Positions 1 to 9,580 of a stretch of DNA of 55,676 bases are shown here, one piece after another (within the stretch, counting starts at the first letter, position 1; the number at the start of each line of letters is the position of its first letter). The notes under the pieces were generated by a model. The model had not been told where the DNA came from and did no database searches. It saw nothing but the letters and a program-made list of their open reading frames with translations. This DNA is from an uncultured Oscillospiraceae bacterium (GTDB taxonomy: Bacteria > Bacillota > Clostridia > Oscillospirales > Oscillospiraceae), in NCBI GenBank assembly GCA_944383205.1, contig CALWOR010000001.1, positions 1 through 55,676 of the forward strand, given 5' to 3'. The translations under genes and the position numbers were made by a program.

Positions 1-102
1 ATCCGCCACCGCAAGGGCCTGCCTGTGCGCGGCCAGCGGTCCAAGACCAACGCCCGTACCCGCAAGGGTCCCAAGCGCACTGTCGCCAATAAGAAGAAGT
101 AA
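1..102 (+). CDS. rpsM: 30S ribosomal protein S13, 3' end (partial)
   Basis: Frame 1 reads [33 protein letters not shown], the S13 C-terminus, directly upstream of rpsK. Confidence 0.97.
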   Translation: MRHRKGLPVRGQRSKTNARTRKGPKRTVANKKK

Positions 103-114
103 GGAGGGATACAC

Positions 115-516
115 ATGGCTGCTAATACCAAGGCTAAGAAAGTGGTGCGTAAGCGCCGCGAGCGTAAGAATGTAGAGAGGGGCCAGGTGCACATCCGCTC
201 CTCCTTCAACAATACTATGGTCACTGTTACCGATTCCCAGGGCAATGCCCTGAGCTGGGCTTCCTCCGGCGGGCTCGGTTTCCGTGGCTCCCGTAAGTCC
301 ACCCCCTTCGCCGCTCAGACCGCCGCCGAGACGGCTGCCAAGGCCGCGATGGAGTATGGCCTGAAGACCGTAGAGGTTTTCGTGAAGGGCCCCGGCGCCG
401 GCCGTGAGGCTGCTATCCGGGCACTGCAGGCCGTGGGCCTGGAGGTCACCCTGATCAAGGATGTGACTCCCGTTCCCCACAACGGCTGCCGTCCCCCGAA
501 GCGCCGCCGTGTCTGA
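115..516 (+). CDS. rpsK: 30S ribosomal protein S11
   Basis: [41 protein letters not shown]; RBS AAGGAGG. Confidence 0.99.
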   Translation: MAANTKAKKVVRKRRERKNVERGQVHIRSSFNNTMVTVTDSQGNALSWASSGGLGFRGSRKSTPFAAQTAAETAAKAAMEYGLKTVEVFVKGPGAGREAAIRALQAVGLEVTLIKDVTPVPHNGCRPPKRRRV

Positions 517-539
517 TCGTTAGAAGGAGGTTTTGACAG

Positions 540-1142
540 ATGGCTAAGAACATGCAGCCCATCGCCAAGCGGTGCAAGGCCCTCAACCTGTCCCCCGCCG
601 CCATGGGCTATGCCAAGAAGACTACCAACCGTAACCCCAAGGGTCAGATGCGCAAGAAGCAGTCTGAGTATGCGATGCAGCTGACCGAGAAGCAGAAGGT
701 CAAGTTTGTTTACGGCATCATGGAGAAGCAGTTCCATATGTACTATGAGAAGGCTTCCCGCATGCCCGGCAAGACTGGCGAGAACCTGCTGACCATGATC
801 GAGCGCCGCCTGGACAATGTTGTCTACCGTCTGGGCTTCGCCAAGACCCGCCGTGAGGCCCGTCAGCTGACCACCCATGGCCACTTCACCGTGAACGGCC
901 AGCGCGTGGACATCCCCTCCTATCTGGTGAAGGCCGGAGATGTGATCGAGGTGCGTGAGAAGAGCCGTTCCTCCGTCAAGTTCAAGGGCCTGCTGGGTGA
1001 GGATGCCCCTGTGGTCAACCTGCCCAAGTGGCTGGACCGGGCCAAGAATACCCTCCAGGGCACCGTCGTTGCCATGCCCACCCGGGACGACATCGACTTC
1101 CCCGTGGAAGAGCACCTCATCGTCGAGCTGTATTCTAAGTAA
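540..1142 (+). CDS. rpsD: 30S ribosomal protein S4
   Basis: [34 protein letters not shown]; alpha-operon position. Confidence 0.99.
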   Translation: MAKNMQPIAKRCKALNLSPAAMGYAKKTTNRNPKGQMRKKQSEYAMQLTEKQKVKFVYGIMEKQFHMYYEKASRMPGKTGENLLTMIERRLDNVVYRLGFAKTRREARQLTTHGHFTVNGQRVDIPSYLVKAGDVIEVREKSRSSVKFKGLLGEDAPVVNLPKWLDRAKNTLQGTVVAMPTRDDIDFPVEEHLIVELYSK

Positions 1143-1272
1143 TTTCATTTGGCTGCTCCGGCTCATAAGGGCCGGAGCGGCCGACCTAAGAGACTTAGAC
1201 AACCCTCAGATATTGGTGAGCTGAATGAGGCGGCGCAGGAGCGCCGCCGAGAAAAGGAGGGTATCCTAGCAT

Positions 1273-2226
1273 ATGGTAGAAATTGAAAAGCCCCGCATTG
1301 AATGTGTGGAAAACCCCGGCGACGCCTCTTACGGCAAGTATGTGGTGGAGCCCCTGGAGCGCGGCTACGGCACCACTCTGGGCAACTCCCTGCGCCGGAT
1401 CCTGCTGTCCTCTCTGCCTGGCACCGCGGTGACCTCCATCAAGATCGCCGGCGTCCAGCATGAATTCACGACCATTCCCGGCGTGAAGGAGGATGTGACG
1501 GAGATCGTCCTGAATGTGAAGGGGATCATTGCCAAGCTGTACTGCGAGGGCGTGAAGACCGTTCACATTGAGGCTGCCGGTGAGTGCAAGGTGACTGCCG
1601 GAGACATCAAGGCTGATGCCGATGTGGAGATCCTGAATCCCGATCTGCACATTGCCACCCTGGGTCCCGACGCCACCCTGTCCATGGAGCTGACTTTGTC
1701 CCATGGCCGGGGCTATATCCCCGCCGATAAGAACAAGTCCGCTCAGTCCGTTATCGGGGTGATCCCGGTGGACTCCATCTATACCCCTGTGCGTAAGGTC
1801 AACTATACTGTGGAAAACACCCGTGTGGGCGATGCCACGGACTATGATAAGCTGACCCTGGAGGTATGGACCAACGGCACCATCGATGCCCGGGACGCGG
1901 TGTCCCTGGGGGCCCGCATTCTCTGCGATCACTTTACTCTGTTTACCGACCTGTCCGAGACCATGGGCAATAAGTCGACAGTGGTGGAAAAGGCAGAGGC
2001 CCAGCGGGACAAGGTGATGGAGATGACCATTGACGATATGGACCTGTCCGTACGGTCTTATAACTGTCTGAAGCGTGCCAACATCAACACGGTGGAGGAT
2101 CTGATTTCCAAGACCGAGGAAGAGATGATGAAGGTCCGCAACCTGGGCCGCAAGAGCCTGGAAGAGGTCATCAACAAGCTGGCTATGATGGGTCTTTCCC
2201 TGGCCAGTGAGGACAGCAATTCCTGA
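1273..2226 (+). CDS. rpoA: RNA polymerase alpha subunit
   Basis: [22 protein letters not shown]; alpha-[15 protein letters not shown]...NLGRKSLEE. Confidence 0.99.
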   Translation: MVEIEKPRIECVENPGDASYGKYVVEPLERGYGTTLGNSLRRILLSSLPGTAVTSIKIAGVQHEFTTIPGVKEDVTEIVLNVKGIIAKLYCEGVKTVHIEAAGECKVTAGDIKADADVEILNPDLHIATLGPDATLSMELTLSHGRGYIPADKNKSAQSVIGVIPVDSIYTPVRKVNYTVENTRVGDATDYDKLTLEVWTNGTIDARDAVSLGARILCDHFTLFTDLSETMGNKSTVVEKAEAQRDKVMEMTIDDMDLSVRSYNCLKRANINTVEDLISKTEEEMMKVRNLGRKSLEEVINKLAMMGLSLASEDSNS

Positions 2227-2381
2227 CAGGCCGGAGGGCCTGTTTCAGGGCAGCGTGGAAGGTATGTAACGTTCCGCTTCCCGTGCGGCGTTTGCCGTCC
2301 CGGCAACGGGTGCCCGGACCTTTGGTCGAATGAACGAATTTATGTAGGATCTCGCCACGCGAGGTCGAAGGAGTGTTTCTC

Positions 2382-2726
2382 ATGTCTCAGAAGAATCGCA
2401 AGCTGGGCCGTACCAGCGATCAGCGCCGGGCCATGCTCCGCGCCATGGTAACCTACCTGCTGGAGAATGGTCAGATCAAGACCACCGCTACCCGTGCCAA
2501 GGAAGTCGCTCCCGTGGCCGAGAAGATGATTACCCTGGCCAAGAACAACACCCTGGCCTCTTACCGCCAGGCTCTGGCCTACATCACTAAGGAGGATGTG
2601 GCCAACAAGCTGTTCAAGGAGATCGGGCCCAAGTACGCCGACCGCAACGGCGGCTATACCCGCATCGTCCGCATTGGCCCCCGCCGCGGTGATGCTGCTG
2701 AGATGGCCATCATTCAGCTGGTGTAA
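2382..2726 (+). CDS. rplQ: 50S ribosomal protein L17
   Basis: [23 protein letters not shown]...RRGDAAEMA; ATG 2382 chosen because GAAGGAG lies 8 nt upstream. Confidence 0.98.
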   Translation: MSQKNRKLGRTSDQRRAMLRAMVTYLLENGQIKTTATRAKEVAPVAEKMITLAKNNTLASYRQALAYITKEDVANKLFKEIGPKYADRNGGYTRIVRIGPRRGDAAEMAIIQLV

Positions 2727-2740
2727 TCAAGACAGGCTTT

Positions 2741-2781
2741 TAAGATCCCGGCCTTTTTGGCCGGGATCTTATTTTTTCTTT
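2741..2781 (+). terminator. Intrinsic terminator of the alpha operon
   Basis: TAAGATCCCGGCC / GGCCGGGATCTTA stem followed by a T-tract. Confidence 0.9.
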
Positions 2782-2956
2782 TCGATTTTTTGTGTACTCC
2801 TGTCCGCGGAAGATGAAAATACACAAGAAATTGAGATGCCATATTAAGGCGAGGGGCTTGGCCGGCAGTAAACTCTTTTTTTATTCTGGAAGTTCTGCTA
2901 TAATCCCTATCATAATGAGAGCGGAGCCCAGCTTGATGGGCGGAAAGGAATGGCCT

Positions 2957-3781
2957 ATGAAAGTGATCGATGCCCACCTCCATCTGTTTCCACAGGATGA
3001 GTCTTGGGCGGAGGAGGCGGCCCAAGCGGTGGGACACCACAACAACTGGGACCACCTGAGGCAGGTGTACGGCCGGCTGGAGATCGTCCACGGGGTAGTG
3101 ATGGGCAACCGCAGTCTGGAGTGTGAATACCATCAGTACCCGAAGGACATGTTCCACTACTGCATCGGGCTGGACAGCGCCCTGATGAGAGAGGGTCGGC
3201 AGGTGATCCCGGATCTCTATGACCGGGTGGAGGAAAATCTGAAGCGCGAATCATGCTGCGGTGTAAAGCTCTACCCGGGGTATAACAAGGTGTGGCTCAG
3301 TGATCCCATCTATGAGCCGATCTACCAATTGGCGGCTCGTTATGACAAGCCTGTGGCAGTACATATGGGCCTCACCGCCCGCCAAGGAGCTCATCTTAAA
3401 TACTGCCATCCCCTGGTGCTGGACGAGGTGGCGGCAGATCACCGCCGTACCCGCTTCGTCATGTGTCACTTCGGGAACCCCTTCCTGGAGAGCGCAGCAG
3501 CGGTTGTTGAGAAAAATTCCAATGTGGCCACTGATCTCTCCGGCCTTTTGGAGGGAAGAGTGGACCTGGATGACTATTTTCGGGAGCAGGAGGGCTATGC
3601 CGGACTGCTGAGAACCTGGCTGAAGGCCATTGCCCAGTGGGACGATGTGATGTTTGGAACTGACTGGCCCATTGTGAACCTGGAAGAGTATATTGCCTTT
3701 ATCCGCCGATTGGTACCGGAGCAGCACTGGGAAAAGGTGTTTTTTTGCAATGCAAACAGAATCTACGGATTGGGACTGTAA
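2957..3781 (+). CDS. Amidohydrolase_2 family metal-dependent hydrolase
   Basis: VIDAHLH, GVKLYPGY, VAVHMG, MCHFG, FGTDWP motifs; start set at ATG 2957 after AAAGGA; extended -10 TGcTATAAT near 2896-2904. Confidence 0.88.
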   Translation: MKVIDAHLHLFPQDESWAEEAAQAVGHHNNWDHLRQVYGRLEIVHGVVMGNRSLECEYHQYPKDMFHYCIGLDSALMREGRQVIPDLYDRVEENLKRESCCGVKLYPGYNKVWLSDPIYEPIYQLAARYDKPVAVHMGLTARQGAHLKYCHPLVLDEVAADHRRTRFVMCHFGNPFLESAAAVVEKNSNVATDLSGLLEGRVDLDDYFREQEGYAGLLRTWLKAIAQWDDVMFGTDWPIVNLEEYIAFIRRLVPEQHWEKVFFCNANRIYGLGL

Positions 3782-3817
3782 AACCCGGAGCCGGCATTTG
3801 ACCGGCCCCGGGTTTTT
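3780..3817. terminator. Bidirectional terminator
   Basis: AAAACCCGG.GCCGG / CCGGC.CCGGGTTTT stem between convergent genes. Confidence 0.8.
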
Positions 3818-3822
3818 AAATG

Positions 3823-5685
3823 TCAGGAGGCTTCCCGAGCCACAATGACACGGATCCGCCCTCCGGCGGTTTCGGCCTTGTCATACCAGGCGGTAAGGGT
3901 AAACTCACCGCTTTGAGCCCGGCCCAGGCTGGAGAGATAGTACTGGCTGCCCCGCTGCTCATAGACCACCACGCTGTCTGAGAGGGTATATTTCCGGTTA
4001 CCAGCCACAAACAGGTTACCCTGGATCTGGCCCGGGGAAGTAGCGGTCAGGGAGAACATCCGCTCTGGATCGGAAGTTTCACCGATGATCTGAATCGGCC
4101 CCGAGGAGACACGGAATCGGGTGGAGGAGTTTGGAATGGTGTAGGATGTCCCATTTACATCGTACTGATAGGTGTAATATTTGAACATGCCGTCTCCGGA
4201 CTCCTCCAGATCTACCAAGACGCCATACTGGTACATGTCGCCGGTGGCTTCCTCCAAAATCAGAGTGTCGATTTGTCCCAGGCTGTTCAGCGAATAATAG
4301 CGGACCATATCTCCTGACAGTGTCATACCTGCCAGACGGCTGGGATAGAGTACTGCGCCGCAGGCATCGCTGACATCCAGAATTTGAATGTTTTCGGCAA
4401 AGGAGTAGTGATCCAGCTTGGTCCCATCGGCGTTCACCTTTCCGGAAAGAGAAGAGGAAGTCAGCCCACGCAATGTCACTTCTCCGCCCTGAGAGGCGAC
4501 GGTGGCCCGGACGATGCTGCCCGCCCGGTAGCCGCCCTTGGTCTGATACTGGTAGGTCTGTCCATCGGTGGCCAGCAGCGTCACGGTCTGAGCGGTGTAG
4601 GTGCCTCCCTTGCCGTCAGGATAGGCGGAGTTGGAGACAGAGAGAACCACGCCTATCCGATCCCCGGCGCTGGCGCTGACATCGGCAATGGCAGCCACAC
4701 CTCCGGTACGGCCCAGCAGGAGGGTGACAGAGTCCCCCAGGCCATATTCCCCCAGGTCGGACAGAGCATAAGCGGCTGCAGCGGTTTCGATGGGGTAGCT
4801 GTGGCCAGCCACTGTGACGGAAGTGGGATTGGAGGCTGAGGGCTCCAGAGCCTGAATGGGGCCGGTGGCCTTTTGGGTGCAGGCCCACACGGTGCCCATG
4901 GAGGCGTTCCAATAAACAAGGTCATAGTCTTGAATATCGGAAAGGGCTACGGCTGCGCCCTCCCGAAGCACTTTAGAGGGAACAAAGGGAAGGGAGGACT
5001 GCCAGCCTGCCTGGGCCACCAAGGGCCCTTCCATTTCTCCGTTGACCAGGGCCAGCAGATCAATTTGGCCGGCATCATTAAGGGAATATCCCAAAGTAGA
5101 AAGATAGGGGGTATTTTCCTTGGTTTTTGCCGATAGGAGATTATAAAACAGGTACATGGCATCGCCCCGGGTGAGGGTATCGGTGGGTGCAGAGGCAGAG
5201 ACGCCACGGTCAAGCCGGAGGCTGTGATACATAGCCAGCTGGCCGGTGGGGTAGGCGCCGGAAAAATCCTCCGGGCCGTAGCCCAACAGCTGAAGAGCCA
5301 TGGCTACGCCCTCGGCCAGAGAGATCTCCTTGCCAGGGCGGAAGGTGCCGTCACTGTAGCCGGTAGCGAGGCCAAGGGAGACGGCAGCTTCCACAAAGCC
5401 GGAAGCCCAGTGGCTTCTGGGGACATCGGGATAGGGAGAGGTAGCCGACTGACCGATCTGATCCCCGCCTGGAGTAGCTTTGACCAGCATGGTCACAAAC
5501 TCAGCCCTTGTAACTTTCCGGGAAAGCTGAAGATCTCCGGTTTCGTCCCCAGACATAATACCCAGAGCAGATAAGGCCTGAGCCGCATCTTCCTGCGAAA
5601 TGGCAGCGGGGGCGGCAAGGGAAGAGACAGCCAGTGAAAAGCATAGAAATACGGCCAGCAGTGCCGCACAAATCTGTTTTTTCAT
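3823..5685 (-). CDS. Secreted S-layer homology (SLH) domain protein
   Basis: Signal peptide; SLH motifs (GIMSGD...VTRAEF, YPDVPRSHWA, GYSDGTFRPGKEISLAE, TLTRGDA); beta-rich C-terminal region. Confidence 0.85.
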   Translation of the reverse strand: MKKQICAALLAVFLCFSLAVSSLAAPAAISQEDAAQALSALGIMSGDETGDLQLSRKVTRAEFVTMLVKATPGGDQIGQSATSPYPDVPRSHWASGFVEAAVSLGLATGYSDGTFRPGKEISLAEGVAMALQLLGYGPEDFSGAYPTGQLAMYHSLRLDRGVSASAPTDTLTRGDAMYLFYNLLSAKTKENTPYLSTLGYSLNDAGQIDLLALVNGEMEGPLVAQAGWQSSLPFVPSKVLREGAAVALSDIQDYDLVYWNASMGTVWACTQKATGPIQALEPSASNPTSVTVAGHSYPIETAAAAYALSDLGEYGLGDSVTLLLGRTGGVAAIADVSASAGDRIGVVLSVSNSAYPDGKGGTYTAQTVTLLATDGQTYQYQTKGGYRAGSIVRATVASQGGEVTLRGLTSSSLSGKVNADGTKLDHYSFAENIQILDVSDACGAVLYPSRLAGMTLSGDMVRYYSLNSLGQIDTLILEEATGDMYQYGVLVDLEESGDGMFKYYTYQYDVNGTSYTIPNSSTRFRVSSGPIQIIGETSDPERMFSLTATSPGQIQGNLFVAGNRKYTLSDSVVVYEQRGSQYYLSSLGRAQSGEFTLTAWYDKAETAGGRIRVIVAREAS

Positions 5686-5731
5686 ATCAATAGACCCCTT
5701 TTACAAAATGAAACCTGGAAAATCCTTCGCA

Positions 5732-6970
5732 TCAGTCGTACCTCAGTGCGTCGATGGGATTTAATTTGGCCGCCTTGTTGGCGGGCAAGTACCCAAAGAG
5801 GATACCGATCCCCACCGATACACTGAAGCTGATGAGTACAGAACCGGGGGTGGGAGTGGCGGAAAAGGTAGCGCCGTTCATCTGAGCGGACAGGGAGGCA
5901 CCCAGAATGGATCCCACACCCATAGCCAGCAGATACCCAAGGCCAATGCCCAGCAGGCCGCCTATGGCGGAAGTGGTGCCCGCTTCAATAACAAACTGGC
6001 GGCGGATATCCTTTCGTTTGGCCCCCAGGGATTTGCGGATTCCGATTTCCCGTGTGCGTTCGGTGACTGAGACCAGCATGATATTCATAATCCCGATGCC
6101 CCCCACCAAAAGGGAGATGGCCGCAATGGCCACCAGCACACCGATGGCAACTCCCATCATGGCGTTGATCATGTTGGCCTGTTCCTCCATGGTCTGAATG
6201 TAGTAGGCATCCGGGTCCTGAAAGTAATCATACAGGTAGCGGTCGATCACAGCTTTGGCGGCGCCGGCAGTAGCACCTGAGGTGCTGGTAAACATGTAGA
6301 GAGTCACATTCCGTGCCCCCATGATCTCCAGGGCATTTTCATAGGGAAGGTAGAGCTGATCGTCAGAACTGCCCTCCTGCATATTTTCCTGGATCTGCTT
6401 CAGCACTCCAATGACAGTGTAGGATTGGCCGTCAATGGACAATGTCTGGCCCAGAGGGTCATCATTAAACAGCTCCTGAGCCAGGTAGGCACCGATAACG
6501 CATACAGGCTGCCGCCGTTCTACATCGAGATAGGAGAGAAACCGTCCCTGTTCCAAAGTTTCACCGCCGTCAATGGTGGATTGACTGTGGTTGTTGAACA
6601 TGACTTCGCTGACCCCATAGAGGTTGGTTTTCTCCAGCTTTTGATCGCCTTTGCGAATGACCGTCTGAAAGCTCACATAGGGAGATACCCCGGAGAGCAC
6701 ATCCGGATGCTCCTCCACCAGGCGGTACATATCCTCCGGGTCCAGGTCCATGGTGCTCCCATCTCCCCTGCCCCAGGTATAGGTAACAATGGTATTGATG
6801 CCCAGCTTGGACACCTGCTCATCAATCATACCCTGTACGCCGTTGCCCAGGGCGAGAATGACGATTACAGAGGCGACTCCAATAATAATTCCCAGCATAG
6901 TGAGAATAGAGCGCATTTTGCTGGTAGCAAGGGACTTGAGCGCCAGACGGAAGGACTGTCCGTAGTTCAT
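5732..6970 (-). CDS. MacB/FtsX-type ABC transporter permease
   Basis: RSILTMLGIIIGVASV and GGIGIMNIMLVSVTERTREIGIRKSLGA, AAKLNPIDALRYD. Confidence 0.95.
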   Translation of the reverse strand: MNYGQSFRLALKSLATSKMRSILTMLGIIIGVASVIVILALGNGVQGMIDEQVSKLGINTIVTYTWGRGDGSTMDLDPEDMYRLVEEHPDVLSGVSPYVSFQTVIRKGDQKLEKTNLYGVSEVMFNNHSQSTIDGGETLEQGRFLSYLDVERRQPVCVIGAYLAQELFNDDPLGQTLSIDGQSYTVIGVLKQIQENMQEGSSDDQLYLPYENALEIMGARNVTLYMFTSTSGATAGAAKAVIDRYLYDYFQDPDAYYIQTMEEQANMINAMMGVAIGVLVAIAAISLLVGGIGIMNIMLVSVTERTREIGIRKSLGAKRKDIRRQFVIEAGTTSAIGGLLGIGLGYLLAMGVGSILGASLSAQMNGATFSATPTPGSVLISFSVSVGIGILFGYLPANKAAKLNPIDALRYD

Positions 6971-7704
6971 AACTCGTCCTCCTCTCCAGCCTGCTCCGGC
7001 TGAACTACCGCATGTGGGTCTCGGGCATCTCCATCGTATATGATTTTTCCGTCCTGAAGGCGGATGATCCGGTCTGCACGGACGGCTATGGAGTTGTCAT
7101 GGGTAATGAGGACTACGGTGTCCCCTTCCCGGTTCAGCTTTTTCAAGAATCCCAGTACCTCCCTGCCTGTGCGGGAGTCCAGAGCGCCGGTAGGCTCGTC
7201 AGCCAGAATGACTGAGGGGCTGCCTGCCAGAGCGCGGGCAATGGATACCCGCTGCTGCTGGCCGCCGGAGAGCTGGCTGGGGAGGTTTTTCTGCTTCTCT
7301 GCCAGTCCGACACGCTCCAGAGCGCCCAGAGCGCGCCGGCGGCGTTCATCGGAGGGAAGGCCTGCATACAGCAGGGGGAGCTCCACATTTTCCAGCACAG
7401 TGAGTTTTGGAATCAGGTTATACTGCTGAAAAATGAAGCCCAGCATTTTGTTGCGGATCTCCGCCTGCTGGTCGTCATCCATGGTGGACACATCCACACC
7501 GCCCAGATGGTAGGAGCCTGAGGTGGGTACATCCAGACAGCCGATGATGTTCATGGCGGTGGATTTTCCTGAGCCGGAGGAGCCCACAATGGCCACAAAT
7601 TCTCCCTGGTCAATGGCAATATCCACTCCGTCCAGGGCATGAACAGTCTCTTCTCCCATCTGGTAGATTTTATAGACCTGTTTCAGTTCAATGAGATGTT
7701 CCAC
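6967..7704 (-). CDS. ABC transporter ATP-binding protein (MacB/LolD type)
   Basis: Walker A GSSGSGKST, LSGGQQQR, ILADEPTGALD; 4-nt overlap with the permease gene. Confidence 0.96.
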   Translation of the reverse strand: MEHLIELKQVYKIYQMGEETVHALDGVDIAIDQGEFVAIVGSSGSGKSTAMNIIGCLDVPTSGSYHLGGVDVSTMDDDQQAEIRNKMLGFIFQQYNLIPKLTVLENVELPLLYAGLPSDERRRRALGALERVGLAEKQKNLPSQLSGGQQQRVSIARALAGSPSVILADEPTGALDSRTGREVLGFLKKLNREGDTVVLITHDNSIAVRADRIIRLQDGKIIYDGDARDPHAVVQPEQAGEEDEL

Positions 7705-7710
7705 CGTTCA

Positions 7711-9345
7711 TCAGCCTCCTGATACCGCCACACCGGTGCCAAGGCTCATACCGGCGGACTGTACGGGGACCAGCACCACATCCCCCTCTTTCAAACCGTC
7801 AGTAATGGAGATGTAATCCTGGTCTCCCTGCCCCACAGTGACGGTGCGCAGCTCAGCCTTTGCGGGGTCAAGTACGGTAGCGCCATCTTCAGAGAGTGTG
7901 CCGGGGGTGGCCACCAGCACGGTCCCGTCGCTGTTCACTGCGGATACAGGGATGCACAGGGCGTTTGTTTCCAGGGAAATAATGATTTTGGCGGAGACAT
8001 TCATACCTGGGTTGAGGTCGCCGAACTCCTCCAACACAATGGTGACCGGATAGGTGGTAAAGCCGTTGGTGGTGGTTCCATTGATGCTGACCGAGTCCAC
8101 CACTCCATGAAACACATGTCCGGGCAGAGCTTCGGCGGTGATTTCCACCGGCTGGCCGACTTTTACCTGGCTGATGTTCAGCTCGCTGACATCTATCTGC
8201 AACTTCAGTCGGCTCAGGTCAAAAATGACTGCCAATGTACCTGACTCCATGCCGTCCATTTTATCCCCGGCCTTATAGTTCTTCTCGATGACTGTGCCCG
8301 AAATGGGAGAGGTAATGGTGTAGTCCTCCAGAGTGTCCTGTGCCCGCTGCAAAGAGAGCTGAGCGGTTTCCACAGCGATGGCGGCATTGGACAGGGCGGT
8401 ATCCGCAGCTTCCCCGCCCAGGTCGGCCAGGGCAGTACCCGAGGAGACCTGGGAACCCACCGTCACATGAAGGGCTGTAATCTCACCGGAGGTCTGGGCA
8501 GTGACGGTCTGTCGGCTGTTGGCCTGAAAAGTTCCGCTGCCGGCACAGGCCAGTTCCCCTATAGTGGCGGTAGCAGATTGGTCAATGGTCAGAGCTCCGG
8601 GGTTCTGGACCCGAATTTGGACCTGGCGCACCAGAGCGCCTCCCGCCCCCACCAAGTCGGCGGTGGAAACGGACTCCACAGTACCAAGTAGTGTTTCCAA
8701 GGTTCCGGCCAATGTGACCTGAGCACTTTGACCGGCGGAAATTCCGGAGGCGTCAGCAGACTGAAAGGGAAGGGTAAGGAGCATAGAGGAGGTGTCGGTA
8801 ATGTCGGCGATGGGAGTGCCCGGCGAGACCTGATCTCCTTTCTGCACATGAATCTGCTGTACCACCCCCTGGGCGGAGGAGCGGACTGTCATAGCGGAAA
8901 CCAGGCTGTCGTAGGACAGCTGAGCCTGGCGGAGGGATAACTGGGCCTGAGCAATGGAGGCCTGGGCGTCCTTTCCGTCCAGTTGGTAAAGCAAAGCACC
9001 TTGCTGGATTTGATCGCCCACTTCAAAGGGGGCCTGAAGGATCTCTCCGCTGGTCAGGGCGCTAACCTGATAGGACTCAATGGGAGTGACTGCCCCAGAC
9101 CCATTGACCGAGACGGTGAGGTCCTGAAGGGATGCGGCTGCAGGCGTGTATTGAAGTTCCCCCGGAATCAGGGTGCTGGGGCGGGAGCGCAGAAATACCC
9201 ACCAGAGTACGGCCGCGGCTGCCAGGAAGATCAAAAGCCACTTCAACCATTTTTTACGCTTTTTTGGAAGCTTCAGAGCAAATCCCGTCTTCTTTTTGGG
9301 AAGAGAGGCCTCTTCTTGTGTCTTTACCTGTGTTGCGTCCATCAT
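7711..9345 (-). CDS. Membrane fusion / periplasmic adaptor protein (MacA/HlyD-like), elongated
   Basis: N-terminal TM helix, several lipoyl-like half motifs and coiled coils, VSELNISQVKVGQ, LNPGMNV, GLKEGDVV. Confidence 0.9.
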   Translation of the reverse strand: MMDATQVKTQEEASLPKKKTGFALKLPKKRKKWLKWLLIFLAAAAVLWWVFLRSRPSTLIPGELQYTPAAASLQDLTVSVNGSGAVTPIESYQVSALTSGEILQAPFEVGDQIQQGALLYQLDGKDAQASIAQAQLSLRQAQLSYDSLVSAMTVRSSAQGVVQQIHVQKGDQVSPGTPIADITDTSSMLLTLPFQSADASGISAGQSAQVTLAGTLETLLGTVESVSTADLVGAGGALVRQVQIRVQNPGALTIDQSATATIGELACAGSGTFQANSRQTVTAQTSGEITALHVTVGSQVSSGTALADLGGEAADTALSNAAIAVETAQLSLQRAQDTLEDYTITSPISGTVIEKNYKAGDKMDGMESGTLAVIFDLSRLKLQIDVSELNISQVKVGQPVEITAEALPGHVFHGVVDSVSINGTTTNGFTTYPVTIVLEEFGDLNPGMNVSAKIIISLETNALCIPVSAVNSDGTVLVATPGTLSEDGATVLDPAKAELRTVTVGQGDQDYISITDGLKEGDVVLVPVQSAGMSLGTGVAVSGG

Positions 9346-9388
9346 AAAACTCCTTTTTTCCTGGTTTCCTACTGCGGTAGATAGAGAA

Positions 9389-9442
9389 ATTGTAAGAGGA
9401 AAATCTTATATCTGGGGAAAGAATAAATGAAAATTTCATTAA
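9389..9442 (-). promoter_or_regulatory. Putative activator-dependent promoter of the MacAB-like operon
   Basis: Minus strand TTAATG/TTCATT/TTTCCC starting at 9442/9431/9420 (11-bp period); -10 TACAAT starts 26 bp downstream of the last half-site; repeats are degenerate. Confidence 0.35.
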
Positions 9443-9524
9443 ATTCCGTTCCTCAGATCTATGCTGCACCTTCCACCAAGGGGAAAGTCAAGGGAAAAAT
9501 GAAAGTGTGGAGGAAAAAGAATAT

Positions 9525-9569
9525 AAAAAACCTGTGGAAGCGCTCATTGAGCGTTTCCACAGGTTTTTT
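9525..9569. terminator. Terminator downstream of feoB-HAD
   Basis: AAAAAACCTGTGGAAGCGCTC / GAGCGTTTCCACAGGTTTTTT inverted repeat. Confidence 0.88.
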
Positions 9570-9580
9570 GTTTCTTGAGA

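Noticed and set aside
2792-2956. Long N-terminal extensions in the ORF track (amidohydrolase, gpr, M16 peptidase, XRE-TM, luxC, zapA)
   Set aside because: They run through promoters or neighbouring genes; downstream starts have clear RBSs and match family N-termini
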